Shown here: in pieces, positions 35,537-44,855 of the stretch
How positions within the stretch are numbered: position 1 is the first letter of the stretch
Layout of the letters: every line of letters begins with the position of its first letter
Origin: Clostridia bacterium
GTDB taxonomy: Bacteria > Bacillota > Clostridia > Oscillospirales > CAG-382
Length of the DNA: 64,000 nt
Direction of reading: 5' to 3'
NCBI GenBank assembly: GCA_017434845.1
Contig: JAFSGD010000023.1
Span: 1,631 to 65,630 of the forward strand
The notes under the pieces: generated by a model
What the model was told of the DNA's origin: nothing
What the model saw: the letters and a program-made list of their open reading frames with translations, nothing else
Databases searched by the model: none
Position numbers and translations under genes: made by a program

Positions 35537-35574
35537 AAAAAAATAAGGATGTGCATATATGATAGCACATCCTT
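35537..35574 (-). terminator. Rho-independent terminator ending the nusA-infB-truB operon
   Basis: On the minus strand, a 10-bp stem AAGGATGTGC / GCACATCCTT is followed by ATTTTTTT. Confidence 0.8.
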
Positions 35575-35580
35575 AATGTC

Positions 35581-36498
35581 TTATTTTGTTGATTCGCGGT
35601 CGAAGAACAATTTCTTTTGACGGAAATATTTTATCCCGTCGCTTTCGGTTATTTCTCCAAGCGAATAAAAGCCGTTTTCGTCATAAATCCGAAACAGCTC
35701 GCCGACCTCGCCCTTAATTCCGCGAAGCTTTGAAAGCTTGATTTTTTCGCCGTGGAAATAAAGACGGTTAAAGAAGGGGTCGAGCCTTGCCTCGCGCAGA
35801 TGCATAAACATTTTTTCAACGGGAATAAGGTGTGAAAGAATCTCTTCCTTGCTCATGCCGTTTAAATCGTCGAAAACTATTGCATCACTTTCCTTGAAAA
35901 CGTCAACCTCGGTTCGCCTTAACGAGCACATAACTGCACCGCAGCCCAGCTTTTCGCCGATATCCGCGCAAAGAGTTCGAATATAAGTTCCGCGCGAGCA
36001 GGCAACGTCAAGATAAAACCCGTCGTCGCGCTCGATTGGGTTGCAAAGATAAATGCTAACCTTGCGCGCCTTTCGTTCAACGGTAACACCCTCTCGGGCA
36101 AGGTCGAGAAGCTTAATTCCTCCAACCTTAAGCGCAGAATACATCGGCGGTGTTTGCATTATCTCGCCCTCGAAGGATTTTGCAACAGAAGCAAATTCGG
36201 CAAAAGAGGGCAGTGAACCGCTGTGCTGAGTTAAAACGTTGCCGCTGATATCCTCGGTGTCGGTGGTTATTCCGAGCTTAATACCGGCAAAATAACGCTT
36301 GTCGTGGTCAACAAGATATTCGCTTGCTTTAACCGCACTGCCGATCATTATGGGCAGAATACCGCTTGCCATGGGGTCAAGCGTTCCGCAATGGCCTATC
36401 TTGCGCTCCTTTAAAAGATAGCGAAGCTTCGAAATGCAGTTGTGGCTGGTTATTCCGCTCGGCTTGTCAATAATTATAATTCCGCTGGGTGAGTTCAT
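35581..36498 (-). CDS. truB: tRNA pseudouridine(55) synthase TruB
   Basis: IIIDKPSGITSH and the catalytic-Asp motif GHCGTLDPMASG. Confidence 0.93.
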   Translation of the reverse strand: MNSPSGIIIIDKPSGITSHNCISKLRYLLKERKIGHCGTLDPMASGILPIMIGSAVKASEYLVDHDKRYFAGIKLGITTDTEDISGNVLTQHSGSLPSFAEFASVAKSFEGEIMQTPPMYSALKVGGIKLLDLAREGVTVERKARKVSIYLCNPIERDDGFYLDVACSRGTYIRTLCADIGEKLGCGAVMCSLRRTEVDVFKESDAIVFDDLNGMSKEEILSHLIPVEKMFMHLREARLDPFFNRLYFHGEKIKLSKLRGIKGEVGELFRIYDENGFYSLGEITESDGIKYFRQKKLFFDRESTK

Positions 36499-36499
36499 A

Positions 36500-37444
36500 T
36501 TAAAGCTCCGAAAATAACTTTCTAACCTCGGCTAAAGCATCCTCATAGCCGCAATCGAGATTAAAGCCCGCTGCGTGAAAATGTCCTCCGCCGCCATAGC
36601 GCTTTGCGAGTTCGGCAACGTCGATATCGGCGTTCGAGCGAAGCGAAACCTTAATGCTGTCGTTCTTCATTCGAATAACCGCCGAAGCGGCAACGCCGTT
36701 TATCTCGCGCGGAATGTGGTTGATGCAATCGAAATCGTTTTCGTCTGCGCCGCATTCCAAAACCTCTTCGGGCGAGATTCCAACCATGGCAAAACGGTTG
36801 CCGTTTAAAAGCTCTAAGTTGCGGTAGGCAACTCTTGTGAGCGCAACCTGTGCCGGCGTTTTGCATTCAAAAAGCCTGCGGTTTATTTCGGCAAAATCAA
36901 TTCCCGTTTCCAAAAGCTCGGCGGCAATGCGATGTGTGTCTGCCGTTGTTGCCGAATAACGGAATCCGCCGCTGTCAGAGCTTATCGCCGCATAAAGCGA
37001 GGTTGCAATATCGCGATCAACAGAAACGCCAAGCTCTTTTAAAAGAATGAAGATTATCTCGCCGCAGGCAATCCTTTCGCTCATGACCAAAAGGCGTTTT
37101 GTGTTGATATCGTTGGTTTTGTGGTGGTCTATCGAAAGCTCAAAACGTTTGTTTTTTGCTTTTCCAAGCGTTTTTGGGCCTGCAACGTCAACGCTTATCG
37201 GAACGAATGCGTCAAGGTTTTCGGGCTCGTTTTCGATAAACAGCGCGGGGTCGTACATAAACGAAAGCTTTTCGGGCACGCCGTCAACCGAAAAAACAAA
37301 AGCTTTTTTGCCAAGCGTGCGCAAGGCTTTTGCCAGCGCGGTCGCCGAGCCGACAGTGTCGCCGTCGGGCGAAGCGTGGGTATATATGAGGTAGCCGTCG
37401 CACCCCAAAAGGAACGCGGCGGCTTGTTTAACGGAAATTTCCAT
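36500..37444 (-). CDS. nrnA: DHH/DHHA1 phosphoesterase (NrnA-like oligoribonuclease / pAp phosphatase)
   Basis: HASPDGD, SIDHH and GGGGHFHAAG motifs. I prefer ATG 37444, which has an SD GAGGA, over TTG 37459. Confidence 0.82.
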   Translation of the reverse strand: MEISVKQAAAFLLGCDGYLIYTHASPDGDTVGSATALAKALRTLGKKAFVFSVDGVPEKLSFMYDPALFIENEPENLDAFVPISVDVAGPKTLGKAKNKRFELSIDHHKTNDINTKRLLVMSERIACGEIIFILLKELGVSVDRDIATSLYAAISSDSGGFRYSATTADTHRIAAELLETGIDFAEINRRLFECKTPAQVALTRVAYRNLELLNGNRFAMVGISPEEVLECGADENDFDCINHIPREINGVAASAVIRMKNDSIKVSLRSNADIDVAELAKRYGGGGHFHAAGFNLDCGYEDALAEVRKLFSEL

Positions 37445-37448
37445 TGTG

Positions 37449-37784
37449 TTATTCCTCAATGTCTTTAAGAATACGCGAGATGCTCATTGCGCGCTCGGTG
37501 TTGTTATCGCGAACGAAGGTCAGCTTGGGAGTGATTCGAAGGTTAAGCCTTTTTGCAAGCTCGCTTCTTATAAAGCCGCTTGCCGAAACAAGTCCCTTGT
37601 CGACGCCCTCGTCGTTGCCGAGAACGCTATAAAACACTCTTGCGGTTGAAAGGTCGGGGGAAACGCTTGCGCCCACAATGCTTACGAACGCGCCCGAAAC
37701 CCTCGGATCCTTTACCTCGCGGATGATAGCGGCGAGCTCGCCGCTGACCGCGTTGTTTAATTTATCCTGCCTGTGTCCGGCCAT
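37449..37784 (-). CDS. rbfA: Ribosome-binding factor A
   Basis: KH-like RbfA sequence (VKDPRV...VSPDLSTARVFYSV) directly downstream of infB. Confidence 0.9.
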   Translation of the reverse strand: MAGHRQDKLNNAVSGELAAIIREVKDPRVSGAFVSIVGASVSPDLSTARVFYSVLGNDEGVDKGLVSASGFIRSELAKRLNLRITPKLTFVRDNNTERAMSISRILKDIEE

Positions 37785-40090
37785 TATCTTTCGATTTCCT
37801 CCATAACAAAGGCTTCGAGAATATCGCCAACCTTAATGTCGTTGAATTTTTCAAGACCGATACCGCACTCAAACGACTGAAGAACCTCTTTTGCATCGTC
37901 CTTAAAGCGCTTAAGCGAAGCGATCTTGTCTTCATAGATAACGATGCCGTCGCGAACGACTCTAACCTGTGCGTTTCTCGAGATTTTGCCGTCCTGAACG
38001 TAAGAGCCCGCAATCGTGCCGACGTTGGGAACGTGAATCGCGTTGCGGACCTCTGCGTGTCCGATAACGTTTTCACGGAACTTAGGCGCGAGCATACCCT
38101 TAAGGGCGGCTTCGATTTCCTCGATGCAGTCATAGATAACGCGGTAGGTACGGATCTCAACCTTATCTCTTGCGGCAATATCAATGGCATTCTTATCGGG
38201 ACGCACGTTGAAGCCGATGATGATCGCGTTGGATGCGTTTGCAAGCATAACGTCGCTTTCGGTTATGCCGCCTGCCGCGGCGTGAAGAACCTGAACCTTG
38301 ACCTCTTCGTTCGAAAGCTTTGCGAGGCTTGCCTTAACTGCCTCTGCCGAGCCCTGAACGTCGGCTTTGATGATGATATTAAGGTTCTTAATACCGCTTT
38401 CGATCTGCGCAAAGAGATCATCAAGGTTGACCTTAGAGCTGCTTTGTGCTTCTTCCTTCTTCTTAGCCTTGCGCTGTTCGGCAAGCTCGCGTGCCATTCT
38501 TTCGTCGGCAACTGCGTTGAAGAGGTCGCCCGCTTCGGGAACCTCGGCAAGACCCATTATTTCAACGGGCACCGAAGGACCTGCGCTTGTAAGCTTTCTG
38601 CCTTTATCATCGGTCATAACGCGAACTCTGCCCACCGCATTGCCTGCGATGAGGATGTCGCCGTGCTTAAGAGTACCGTTCTGAACGAGAAGAGTTGCAA
38701 CCGCGCCCTTGCCTTTATCAAGGCGTGCTTCGATAACAACGCCCTTAGCGGCTCTGTTGGGGTTGGCCTTAAGCTCAAGCATATCTGCAGAAAGGGTTAT
38801 CATTTCAAGAAGCTCGGTTATACCCTGTCTGTGAAGAGCGGAAACGGGAACACAGATAGTGTCGCCGCCCCATTCCTCGGGAACAAGGTCATATTTGGTG
38901 AGCTCGGTTTTGACTCTGTCGGGGTCTGCACCGGGGCGGTCGATCTTGTTGATAGCAACAATGATGGTTACGCCTGCGGCTTTTGCGTGGTTGATAGCTT
39001 CAACGGTCTGGGGCATAATACCGTCGTCTGCGGCAACAACAAGCACCGCAATGTCAGTAATATTCGCACCGCGCGCACGCATTTCGGTAAATGCGGCGTG
39101 GCCGGGAGTATCAAGGAAGGTTATCTCTCTGTCGCCAAGCTTAACGCGGTATGCACCGATGTGCTGGGTAATACCGCCTGCCTCGCCTGCGGTAACGTGT
39201 GTGTCGCGGATGGCGTCGAGCAGAGAGGTCTTACCGTGGTCAACGTGGCCCATAACAACAATAACGGGTGCACGGGGAACGAGGCTTTCTTCGCTGTCTG
39301 CGCTTTCGTCGAAGAGACGGTCTTCAAGCGTTACAACAACCTCTTTTTCAACCTTTATGCCGAATTCGTCGGCGATGAGATAAGCGGTATCGTAATCGAT
39401 AGATTCGTTAACGCTAACCATCATTCCCATAACCATAAGCTTTTTAATAACCTCAGCCGCTGCGGTCTTCATACGCGAAGCAAGCTCGGTAACGGTTATG
39501 GTATCGGGAACGGTAATTTTAAGCTGAACGGGCTTGGGCTTCTGAGCATTCTTCTGCTGTTGCTGCTGTCTGCTCTTATCAAACTGCTTTTTGCCCTTCT
39601 GCTGTTCTGCAAATTTGTTCTTTTTCTTGATCTTTTGAACGTTTGTCTGGGTTTCGGGAGCGATAGAGTCATATTTGAGGATCTTTTCGTCGTATTTCGA
39701 AAGATCAACGTTTGTTGTACCGCGGGTATCAACAACTCTGACCTCGTCTCTCGAGCGCTTTTTCTGAGGCTGCTGGGGCGCACCGTTAGCCGCCTTTTTC
39801 TTGCGCTTTTCTTCATCGGCAGCGGCGCGCGCGGCTTCCTGAGCCTTGCGCTCCTCTTCCTTCTTTGCTTTCTTTTTGTCGTCATATTCCTTAAAGAAAG
39901 CGGTAATATCAACGGGGTTCTGCTGGGTGATGGTTTCAAAGAGAATGCTTAATTCCTCTTCGTCGAGAACCGCCATGTGGGTCCTGCCGGCAAAACCGGC
40001 ATTGTCAAGAATGGTTATAAGGTCCTTGCTCTTCATATCGAAGTCTTTTGCAAGGGCATTGATCCTATATTTCTCACTCGTTGTAGCCAT
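37784..40090 (-). CDS. infB: Translation initiation factor IF-2
   Basis: [17 protein letters not shown] and NKID GTPase motifs with a charged K/E/Q-rich N-terminal region; 768 aa. Confidence 0.96.
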   Translation of the reverse strand: MATTSEKYRINALAKDFDMKSKDLITILDNAGFAGRTHMAVLDEEELSILFETITQQNPVDITAFFKEYDDKKKAKKEEERKAQEAARAAADEEKRKKKAANGAPQQPQKKRSRDEVRVVDTRGTTNVDLSKYDEKILKYDSIAPETQTNVQKIKKKNKFAEQQKGKKQFDKSRQQQQQKNAQKPKPVQLKITVPDTITVTELASRMKTAAAEVIKKLMVMGMMVSVNESIDYDTAYLIADEFGIKVEKEVVVTLEDRLFDESADSEESLVPRAPVIVVMGHVDHGKTSLLDAIRDTHVTAGEAGGITQHIGAYRVKLGDREITFLDTPGHAAFTEMRARGANITDIAVLVVAADDGIMPQTVEAINHAKAAGVTIIVAINKIDRPGADPDRVKTELTKYDLVPEEWGGDTICVPVSALHRQGITELLEMITLSADMLELKANPNRAAKGVVIEARLDKGKGAVATLLVQNGTLKHGDILIAGNAVGRVRVMTDDKGRKLTSAGPSVPVEIMGLAEVPEAGDLFNAVADERMARELAEQRKAKKKEEAQSSSKVNLDDLFAQIESGIKNLNIIIKADVQGSAEAVKASLAKLSNEEVKVQVLHAAAGGITESDVMLANASNAIIIGFNVRPDKNAIDIAARDKVEIRTYRVIYDCIEEIEAALKGMLAPKFRENVIGHAEVRNAIHVPNVGTIAGSYVQDGKISRNAQVRVVRDGIVIYEDKIASLKRFKDDAKEVLQSFECGIGLEKFNDIKVGDILEAFVMEEIER

Positions 40091-40102
40091 ATGTCATATC
40101 CC

Positions 40103-40429
40103 TCATTTCCGGTCGGCTTTGATTTGGTCGCCAAGGCTTTTTTCATAAGCCTTAACAAAATTGGCATCGGTAAAGGCAATAGCCGCTGTTGTGCTATGTC
40201 CGACCGCCTTTCCAAGCTCTGAAGCGGTTATATCAAGCTGTTGATAACTAACCGAATAATATGTTGCTTTATCGGTAAGCGTTTTTAAGGTGTTTGCCGA
40301 AACGTCGGCGGCAATAAGCACCAGCAACGCCTTTCCTCCGCGCACAGCTTCAAGCACCTGATTGGTGCCTATCGAAATTCCTCTTGCGCGCGCCGCAAGG
40401 CCGATAACGCCCAAAGTGTTGTTTTTCAA
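40103..40429 (-). CDS. ylxQ: L7Ae-family RNA-binding protein YlxQ
   Basis: L7Ae-like core (GISIGTNQVLEAVRGGKALLVLIAADVS), in the position between ylxR and infB. The in-frame TTG at 40429 has an SD AAAGGA. The 178-aa track ORF overextends into ylxR. Confidence 0.7.
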   Translation of the reverse strand: MKNNTLGVIGLAARARGISIGTNQVLEAVRGGKALLVLIAADVSANTLKTLTDKATYYSVSYQQLDITASELGKAVGHSTTAAIAFTDANFVKAYEKSLGDQIKADRK

Positions 40430-40445
40430 GCCTTGATTTCCTTTC

Positions 40446-40715
40446 TCAGCATTCCTGCGCAAGCTTTTCTCGAAGCTCTGAATATATTTCTTCGGGAATT
40501 CTTCCCTTAAATGTCTTTTCAAGACGTTTGCTTTTAACCGCCAGATCGAAGCATTCAACGCATTTGCAAATATATGCCCCTCTGCCGGGAAGCTTTCCGA
40601 CAGGGTCAACGCTGATAACACCTTCGTTGTTTTTAACAATGCGGATCAACTGCTTTTTTTCTTTCATTTCGTTACAGCCGATGCATTTTCTGAGCGGTAT
40701 TCTCTTTTCGGTCAA
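40446..40715 (-). CDS. ylxR: YlxR (DUF448) RNA-binding protein
   Basis: IPLRKCIGC...GRGAYIC motif; 89 aa; directly downstream of nusA. Confidence 0.88.
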   Translation of the reverse strand: MTEKRIPLRKCIGCNEMKEKKQLIRIVKNNEGVISVDPVGKLPGRGAYICKCVECFDLAVKSKRLEKTFKGRIPEEIYSELREKLAQEC

Positions 40716-40733
40716 GGTTGTTCGCCTCCCGAT

Positions 40734-41783
40734 TTATTCTTCGCTAACGCTTCTGCTGCTTTTAATATCGATCTTAAAGCCGGTTAGCTTAGCCGCAAGT
40801 CTTGCGTTCTGGCCTTCCTTGCCGATAGCAAGCGAAAGCTGATCGTCGGCAACGGTAACGCGGTATGCTCTGTCGGTATCGGGAATCTTGGTAACCGATT
40901 CAACGGTAGCGGGAGCGAGCGCTGCGCTGATAAATGCTTCGGTATCTTCGCTGTAGGGAATGATATCGATCTTCTCGCCGAAAAGCTCTGCGGTTATGTT
41001 GTTTTTTCTTGCGCCCTTGGGGCCGATGCAAGAGCCGATAGCATCAACACTTTCGTCGTTGCTGACAACAGCGATCTTGGTTCTGCTGCCTGCTTCGCGT
41101 GCAACGCGCTTTATCTCGACGATTCCGTCTTTAATTTCGGGAACCTCAAGCTCGAACAAGCGGCTTACCAAGCCGGGATGAACGCGCGAAAGAACGATGC
41201 TCGGGCCGCGTGTCTCTTTTTTGATCTCGGTGATAAATACCTTTATTCTGTCGCCGACCTGAAGTGTTTCGCCGGGGATCTGTTCGTTGCGGAAAAGAAC
41301 CATTTCGTTCTTGCCAACCTCTAAGGTTGCGTTTGCGGTGGTGGGGTCAACGCGAACAACAACCGCAGAAACGATTTCTTCCTTCTTTTCTTCATATTCG
41401 CGAATCATGTTTCCGCGTTCTGCCTCGCGAATGCCCTGAATGATAACCTGCTTTGCTGCCTGAGCCGCGATTCTGCCGAAGGTTTTGGTCTTCATTTCGA
41501 TCTCATAAACGTCGCCGATCTTATAGCGCTTTGATTTAAGATGAGCATCGGTAAGCGAAATCTCGGTCTGAGGGTCGATAACCTCTTCAACAACCGCAAG
41601 CTGCTTATAAAGCTTAACGTCCTGCTTAACGGGGTCGAGCTTAACTCTGGCGTTTTCGTTGCCGCCGCTTTCTTTTCTGAAAGCCGAAAGCAAAGCCGCC
41701 TCGATGCGCTCTGTCATGTATTCCTTGGGAATGCCTTTTTCTTTTTCGAGCACTTCAAGAGCCTCAAAAAGTTCCTTGTTCAT
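40734..41783 (-). CDS. nusA: Transcription termination/antitermination factor NusA
   Basis: N-terminal RNAP-binding domain, S1 domain, and two KH domains (GPKGARKNNI, GKEGQNARLAAKLTG). Confidence 0.95.
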   Translation of the reverse strand: MNKELFEALEVLEKEKGIPKEYMTERIEAALLSAFRKESGGNENARVKLDPVKQDVKLYKQLAVVEEVIDPQTEISLTDAHLKSKRYKIGDVYEIEMKTKTFGRIAAQAAKQVIIQGIREAERGNMIREYEEKKEEIVSAVVVRVDPTTANATLEVGKNEMVLFRNEQIPGETLQVGDRIKVFITEIKKETRGPSIVLSRVHPGLVSRLFELEVPEIKDGIVEIKRVAREAGSRTKIAVVSNDESVDAIGSCIGPKGARKNNITAELFGEKIDIIPYSEDTEAFISAALAPATVESVTKIPDTDRAYRVTVADDQLSLAIGKEGQNARLAAKLTGFKIDIKSSRSVSEE

Positions 41784-41798
41784 CGAAATTCTCCTTAA

Positions 41799-42299
41799 TT
41801 ATTCTGCCGAATCGTCGTCAATTTCTTCAGTTTCGAATTCGGCGTTTATCTTAGAAATCTGTTTCATGGTAAAGTTGCGCGAAACGCCTTCGCTTAAAAG
41901 CGTTACCGATTCGCTGTCGAAAGCCTCGATAATGCCTTTAAATTCCTTGCTTCCGTCAACCGCAACGTAAAGCCCGAGCGTTACGGGCAGGCGGTTGGCG
42001 CAGGCAAAATCAAGATGCTCGCTCTTGTCAAGCGGGCGAACCGTTCCTGCCGAGGCAACCTGAAGGCAATAGCTTTCTTCGATAGGGTCGAGCTCGTCGA
42101 TAATAGGCTCAACAAGCCTTGTAACCTCAGAGCAGTCGTTTATCGAAATGCCGTTTTCGCTGTCGATGGCTATTTCGAGGATCATTTCGGGACCTTCCTT
42201 GTAATAGGTAACGTCCCAAAGCTTATATCCCGCATCTGTAATAACCGATTCAACGGCATTTCTTACCTTTGCGGCGATATTGGTTTTTCTGTCTGCCAT
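41799..42299 (-). CDS. rimP: Ribosome maturation factor RimP
   Basis: About 165 aa with a RimP-like N-terminus (GYKLWDVTYYKEGPEMILEIAID). First gene of the nusA operon. Confidence 0.88.
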   Translation of the reverse strand: MADRKTNIAAKVRNAVESVITDAGYKLWDVTYYKEGPEMILEIAIDSENGISINDCSEVTRLVEPIIDELDPIEESYCLQVASAGTVRPLDKSEHLDFACANRLPVTLGLYVAVDGSKEFKGIIEAFDSESVTLLSEGVSRNFTMKQISKINAEFETEEIDDDSAE

Positions 42300-42318
42300 A
42301 AAAACCTCCTATCAAGAT

Positions 42319-42348
42319 TCAAGAGAGGGTCTTGCAACCCTCTCTTGA
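42319..42348 (-). promoter_or_regulatory. 12-bp perfect stem-loop in the rimP-nusA 5' leader (candidate attenuator)
   Basis: TCAAGAGAGGGT / ACCCTCTCTTGA with a 6-nt loop, between the promoter and the rimP SD. An interrupted U-tract (AUCUUGAU) follows it on the minus strand. Confidence 0.5.
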
Positions 42349-42372
42349 TAAATAACTGTTCTTTATGCGGTT

Positions 42373-42401
42373 ATTATACCACATTATCTTTGCATTTACA
42401 A
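42373..42401 (-). promoter_or_regulatory. Sigma-A promoter of the rimP-nusA-infB operon (TTGTAA-17-TGgTATAAT)
   Basis: On the minus strand: -35 at 42401-42396, a 17-nt spacer, and -10 at 42378-42373. Confidence 0.65.
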
Positions 42402-42424
42402 TAGCTTTTGCGAAAAAATCGTGC

Positions 42425-43231
42425 TTATTCTTCGCTTTTTTCGCTGAAAAGCATTGATTTTTCGGCTTTTTCCCAATCAACGAACAACAGCTTTTCCTTT
42501 TTTCCTTTAGATCCGGTTCTTCCGGCGGCGATAGTGCGTTCCGAAATAACGTCGTTTTCCATAAGCGTTTTCATTGCGTTGGCAATGCTTTGCTTTGATG
42601 CACTTCCGCGGCTTTTTTTAAGCGCGAAACTTATCGCCTCGTTATAATTGGGACTTCGGCTTGTTTTAAGATAATCGAAAATATAGCCATAGAAGCTTTC
42701 GTTAATATCCTGCTCGGTCGGCAGAGTATAGAAAACGTTTGCCGTTTCCTGAAGCTGCTTCGAAAAAGAGCCGTTAACGCCGTAGATAACGACCTGCTTA
42801 TGATAAAAATTCTTCAAAAACGACGTAACCGAGCTGAAATGGCCATCGCCCGAGAAAAGAATGAAAACGTCGATATCCTCGGAAGAAAGCGCCTTTTGAT
42901 ACATATTATCAAGAATGATAAAATCGGTAAAATCCTTTTGCACGCCGTTGGGGCTTCTTGTATCGATTATCTTGTTCGAGAAAAGGCGTATGCGCCCGAT
43001 CTCGTCTGCAAGGCTTTTGTGTGAGAAATCGGCAAAAAAGTTAACTTCCGCAAGGTTGAATTTGGAATTAAGATCCTCAAACCAAGCTTTTATATTGGGG
43101 CGCAAGCCATAGTTGGTCTTAAGCGATATGTACCAATGCTCATAATCAACAAACGCCGCGGCTTTGGGCAGAGCGTTTTGCTGTTTGCCCGTGTCTTCCT
43201 TTGCCTGATCACGTTTAAAGAAGCTTAAAAT
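42425..43231 (-). CDS. NYN (LabA-like, PIN-related) domain protein; probable non-canonical ATT start
   Basis: NYN core FILFSGDGHF. The N-terminal strand AAFVDYEHW lies upstream of the first canonical start (TTG 43105). The frame is open back to 43251, and ATT 43231 sits 7 nt after a GGAGG. Confidence 0.6.
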   Translation of the reverse strand: MLSFFKRDQAKEDTGKQQNALPKAAAFVDYEHWYISLKTNYGLRPNIKAWFEDLNSKFNLAEVNFFADFSHKSLADEIGRIRLFSNKIIDTRSPNGVQKDFTDFIILDNMYQKALSSEDIDVFILFSGDGHFSSVTSFLKNFYHKQVVIYGVNGSFSKQLQETANVFYTLPTEQDINESFYGYIFDYLKTSRSPNYNEAISFALKKSRGSASKQSIANAMKTLMENDVISERTIAAGRTGSKGKKEKLLFVDWEKAEKSMLFSEKSEE

Positions 43232-43274
43232 ACTTTTGCCTCCTTTCGTTTAATAATATTTATATACACCTTTT

Positions 43275-43302
43275 ATTATACTCTTTTTGCGATTTATGTC
43301 AA
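43275..43302 (-). promoter_or_regulatory. Sigma-A promoter for the NYN gene (TTGACA-16-TATAAT)
   Basis: On the minus strand, TTGACA (43302-43297) overlaps the sigE stop. TATAAT is at 43280-43275. Confidence 0.6.
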
Positions 43303-44030
43303 TAGTTTTGGCTTTTTAGCGATTCCTTAAGCTGAACGATAATTTTCTTTTCAAGCCTTGAAATATAGCTTTGCGATATCCCCAAAATATCGGCAACCTC
43401 CTTTTGTGTAAGCTCTCTTCCGCCTCGGTTTATGCCGTAGCGAAGCTCGATTATTTCTCGGTCGCGCTTGCAAAGGGTTGAAATTGCGCGCAAGATCATC
43501 TTTCGCTCTTCGCTTTCCTCTATGCTTTTATAAACATAGTCGCTTTCGGTGCCGAGAACGTCGCAAAGCAAAAGCTCGTTGCCGTCGTAATCGATGTTCA
43601 GAGGTTCATCAAGCGAAAGCTCGCTTCGTGTTCCCGTGTTTTTGCGAAGAAACATCAATATTTCGTTTTCTATACAGCGCGAGGCATAGGTGGCAAGCTT
43701 TATCTGCTTGTCGGCGCGAAAGGTGTTAATTGCCTTTATAAGCCCTATCGTTCCTATCGAAACAAGGTCTTCAATACCAACCGAGCTACTTTCGAACTTG
43801 CGCGCAATATAAACCACAAGCCTTAAATTATGCTCGATAAGTCTTTTCTTCGCGCTGTCGTCGTGCTCGATAACGGCTATAAGCTCGGCTTCCTCTTCCT
43901 TGGGCAAAGGGGGCGGAAGCGTTTGCGGGCCGTTTATATAAAACAGCTCGTCGCCGATACCCAAAACCTCCTTGATCCAATGTATAACCGGAACGTACAA
44001 TTTTGTCATTAATGCCTCTCCTTTTTTCAT
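43299..44030 (-). CDS. sigE: Sporulation sigma factor pro-sigma-E
   Basis: Near-colinear with B. subtilis SigE: pro-sequence, then [53 protein letters not shown]. It lies directly after spoIIGA. Confidence 0.93.
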   Translation of the reverse strand: MKKGEALMTKLYVPVIHWIKEVLGIGDELFYINGPQTLPPPLPKEEEAELIAVIEHDDSAKKRLIEHNLRLVVYIARKFESSSVGIEDLVSIGTIGLIKAINTFRADKQIKLATYASRCIENEILMFLRKNTGTRSELSLDEPLNIDYDGNELLLCDVLGTESDYVYKSIEESEERKMILRAISTLCKRDREIIELRYGINRGGRELTQKEVADILGISQSYISRLEKKIIVQLKESLKSQNY

Positions 44031-44830
44031 AGCAAGCTTGTCGGGATAATTCCGTCATAGCCCGAATAGCTTTTGTTTTGTGTGTCGATGCCGATATATG
44101 CGTCGATAATATGCGGCTTTTGCGCAAGCCCGCCAAGCTCTATTTTGTCGGGGCGAAACCCCAAAAAGCAGGCGCTTCCCGCGCTTGTGCTGAACGGAAT
44201 TGCGCGTATGGGGTGGGGAAACAGCTCGCTCTCGGGCGAATCGTAGGGCGGCGGAAGCGAAGCCGAGCTGACTATTATAACGGGAAGCGAAGAGAAGGGC
44301 TCGGTAACGAGATTTCCGCTGTCGGCAAGCAGATTAAGCGAAAAACGGTTTCCGTTCGCAAAAATGCGGATGCTTGCGGTTTTTGTGTGAATCTTTTTTC
44401 GACATATCAGTCCGTAGGCAAGCGCAATAAACGCCGAAAACACGCAGATGATGCAGAATGACAACGCCGTTATGCTGTCGGAACGTGCCGAAAGGCTGTA
44501 TGCCGCGGTTATAAGCCCGCCGAGCAGAGCAGCAGAGACCATAAAAGTTGCCCAAAGCAAAAGCAGCTTTTTTATGCCGCGCTTGCCGAACGCAATAAAG
44601 ACCATTAAAAAAGCAAAGGCAAGGTTGATGGGAAGCGAAAGCAACGTCGGAAGAATTATAAGATAGGGCAAAAATGAATACAGTCCGCCCAACACGGCGC
44701 TTATAAGCAACCGCAAAACCCTGCCGCCGCAATTCAAAACCCTGCCCGCGATGAAAAGACAGAGATAATCGAGCGAAAAGTTTATCAAAAACAGAATATC
44801 GGAATAAATAACCGTTTCCTCGGCATACAT
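44027..44830 (-). CDS. spoIIGA: Sigma-E processing aspartic peptidase SpoIIGA
   Basis: N-terminal TM helices ([15 protein letters not shown]...) and the catalytic motif [13 protein letters not shown] prefer ATG 44830, which has an SD GAGGTG, over GTG 44839. Confidence 0.88.
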   Translation of the reverse strand: MYAEETVIYSDILFLINFSLDYLCLFIAGRVLNCGGRVLRLLISAVLGGLYSFLPYLIILPTLLSLPINLAFAFLMVFIAFGKRGIKKLLLLWATFMVSAALLGGLITAAYSLSARSDSITALSFCIICVFSAFIALAYGLICRKKIHTKTASIRIFANGNRFSLNLLADSGNLVTEPFSSLPVIIVSSASLPPPYDSPESELFPHPIRAIPFSTSAGSACFLGFRPDKIELGGLAQKPHIIDAYIGIDTQNKSYSGYDGIIPTSLL

Positions 44831-44855
44831 AGAAAACACCCACCTCGCAAGAATG

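Noticed and set aside
29985-35574. Whole block between coaD and truB considered as an integrated mobile element or genomic island
   Set aside because: I see no integrase, recombinase, transposase, tRNA attachment site or flanking direct repeats. Only the 33825-35574 sub-block has island-like composition. I treat it as accessory genes rather than a defined mobile element.
38033-39952. A 639-aa plus-strand ORF opposite infB. Similar cases are 7363-8916 opposite relA, 51638-53590 opposite the GH20 gene, and 3082-4002 opposite cdaA.
   Set aside because: These ORFs are codon-aligned shadows of strongly supported sense genes. Stops could only come from sense TTA, CTA or TCA codons, which these genes avoid. 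The translations are low-complexity, lack SD and start context, and match no family I recognise.
40103-40639. A 178-aa minus-strand ORF spanning ylxQ and most of ylxR in another frame
   Set aside because: Only the C-terminal 108 residues look like the L7Ae-type YlxQ. The N-terminal part overlaps the well-supported ylxR (DUF448) frame. An in-frame TTG with an SD at 40429 gives a normal-size YlxQ.
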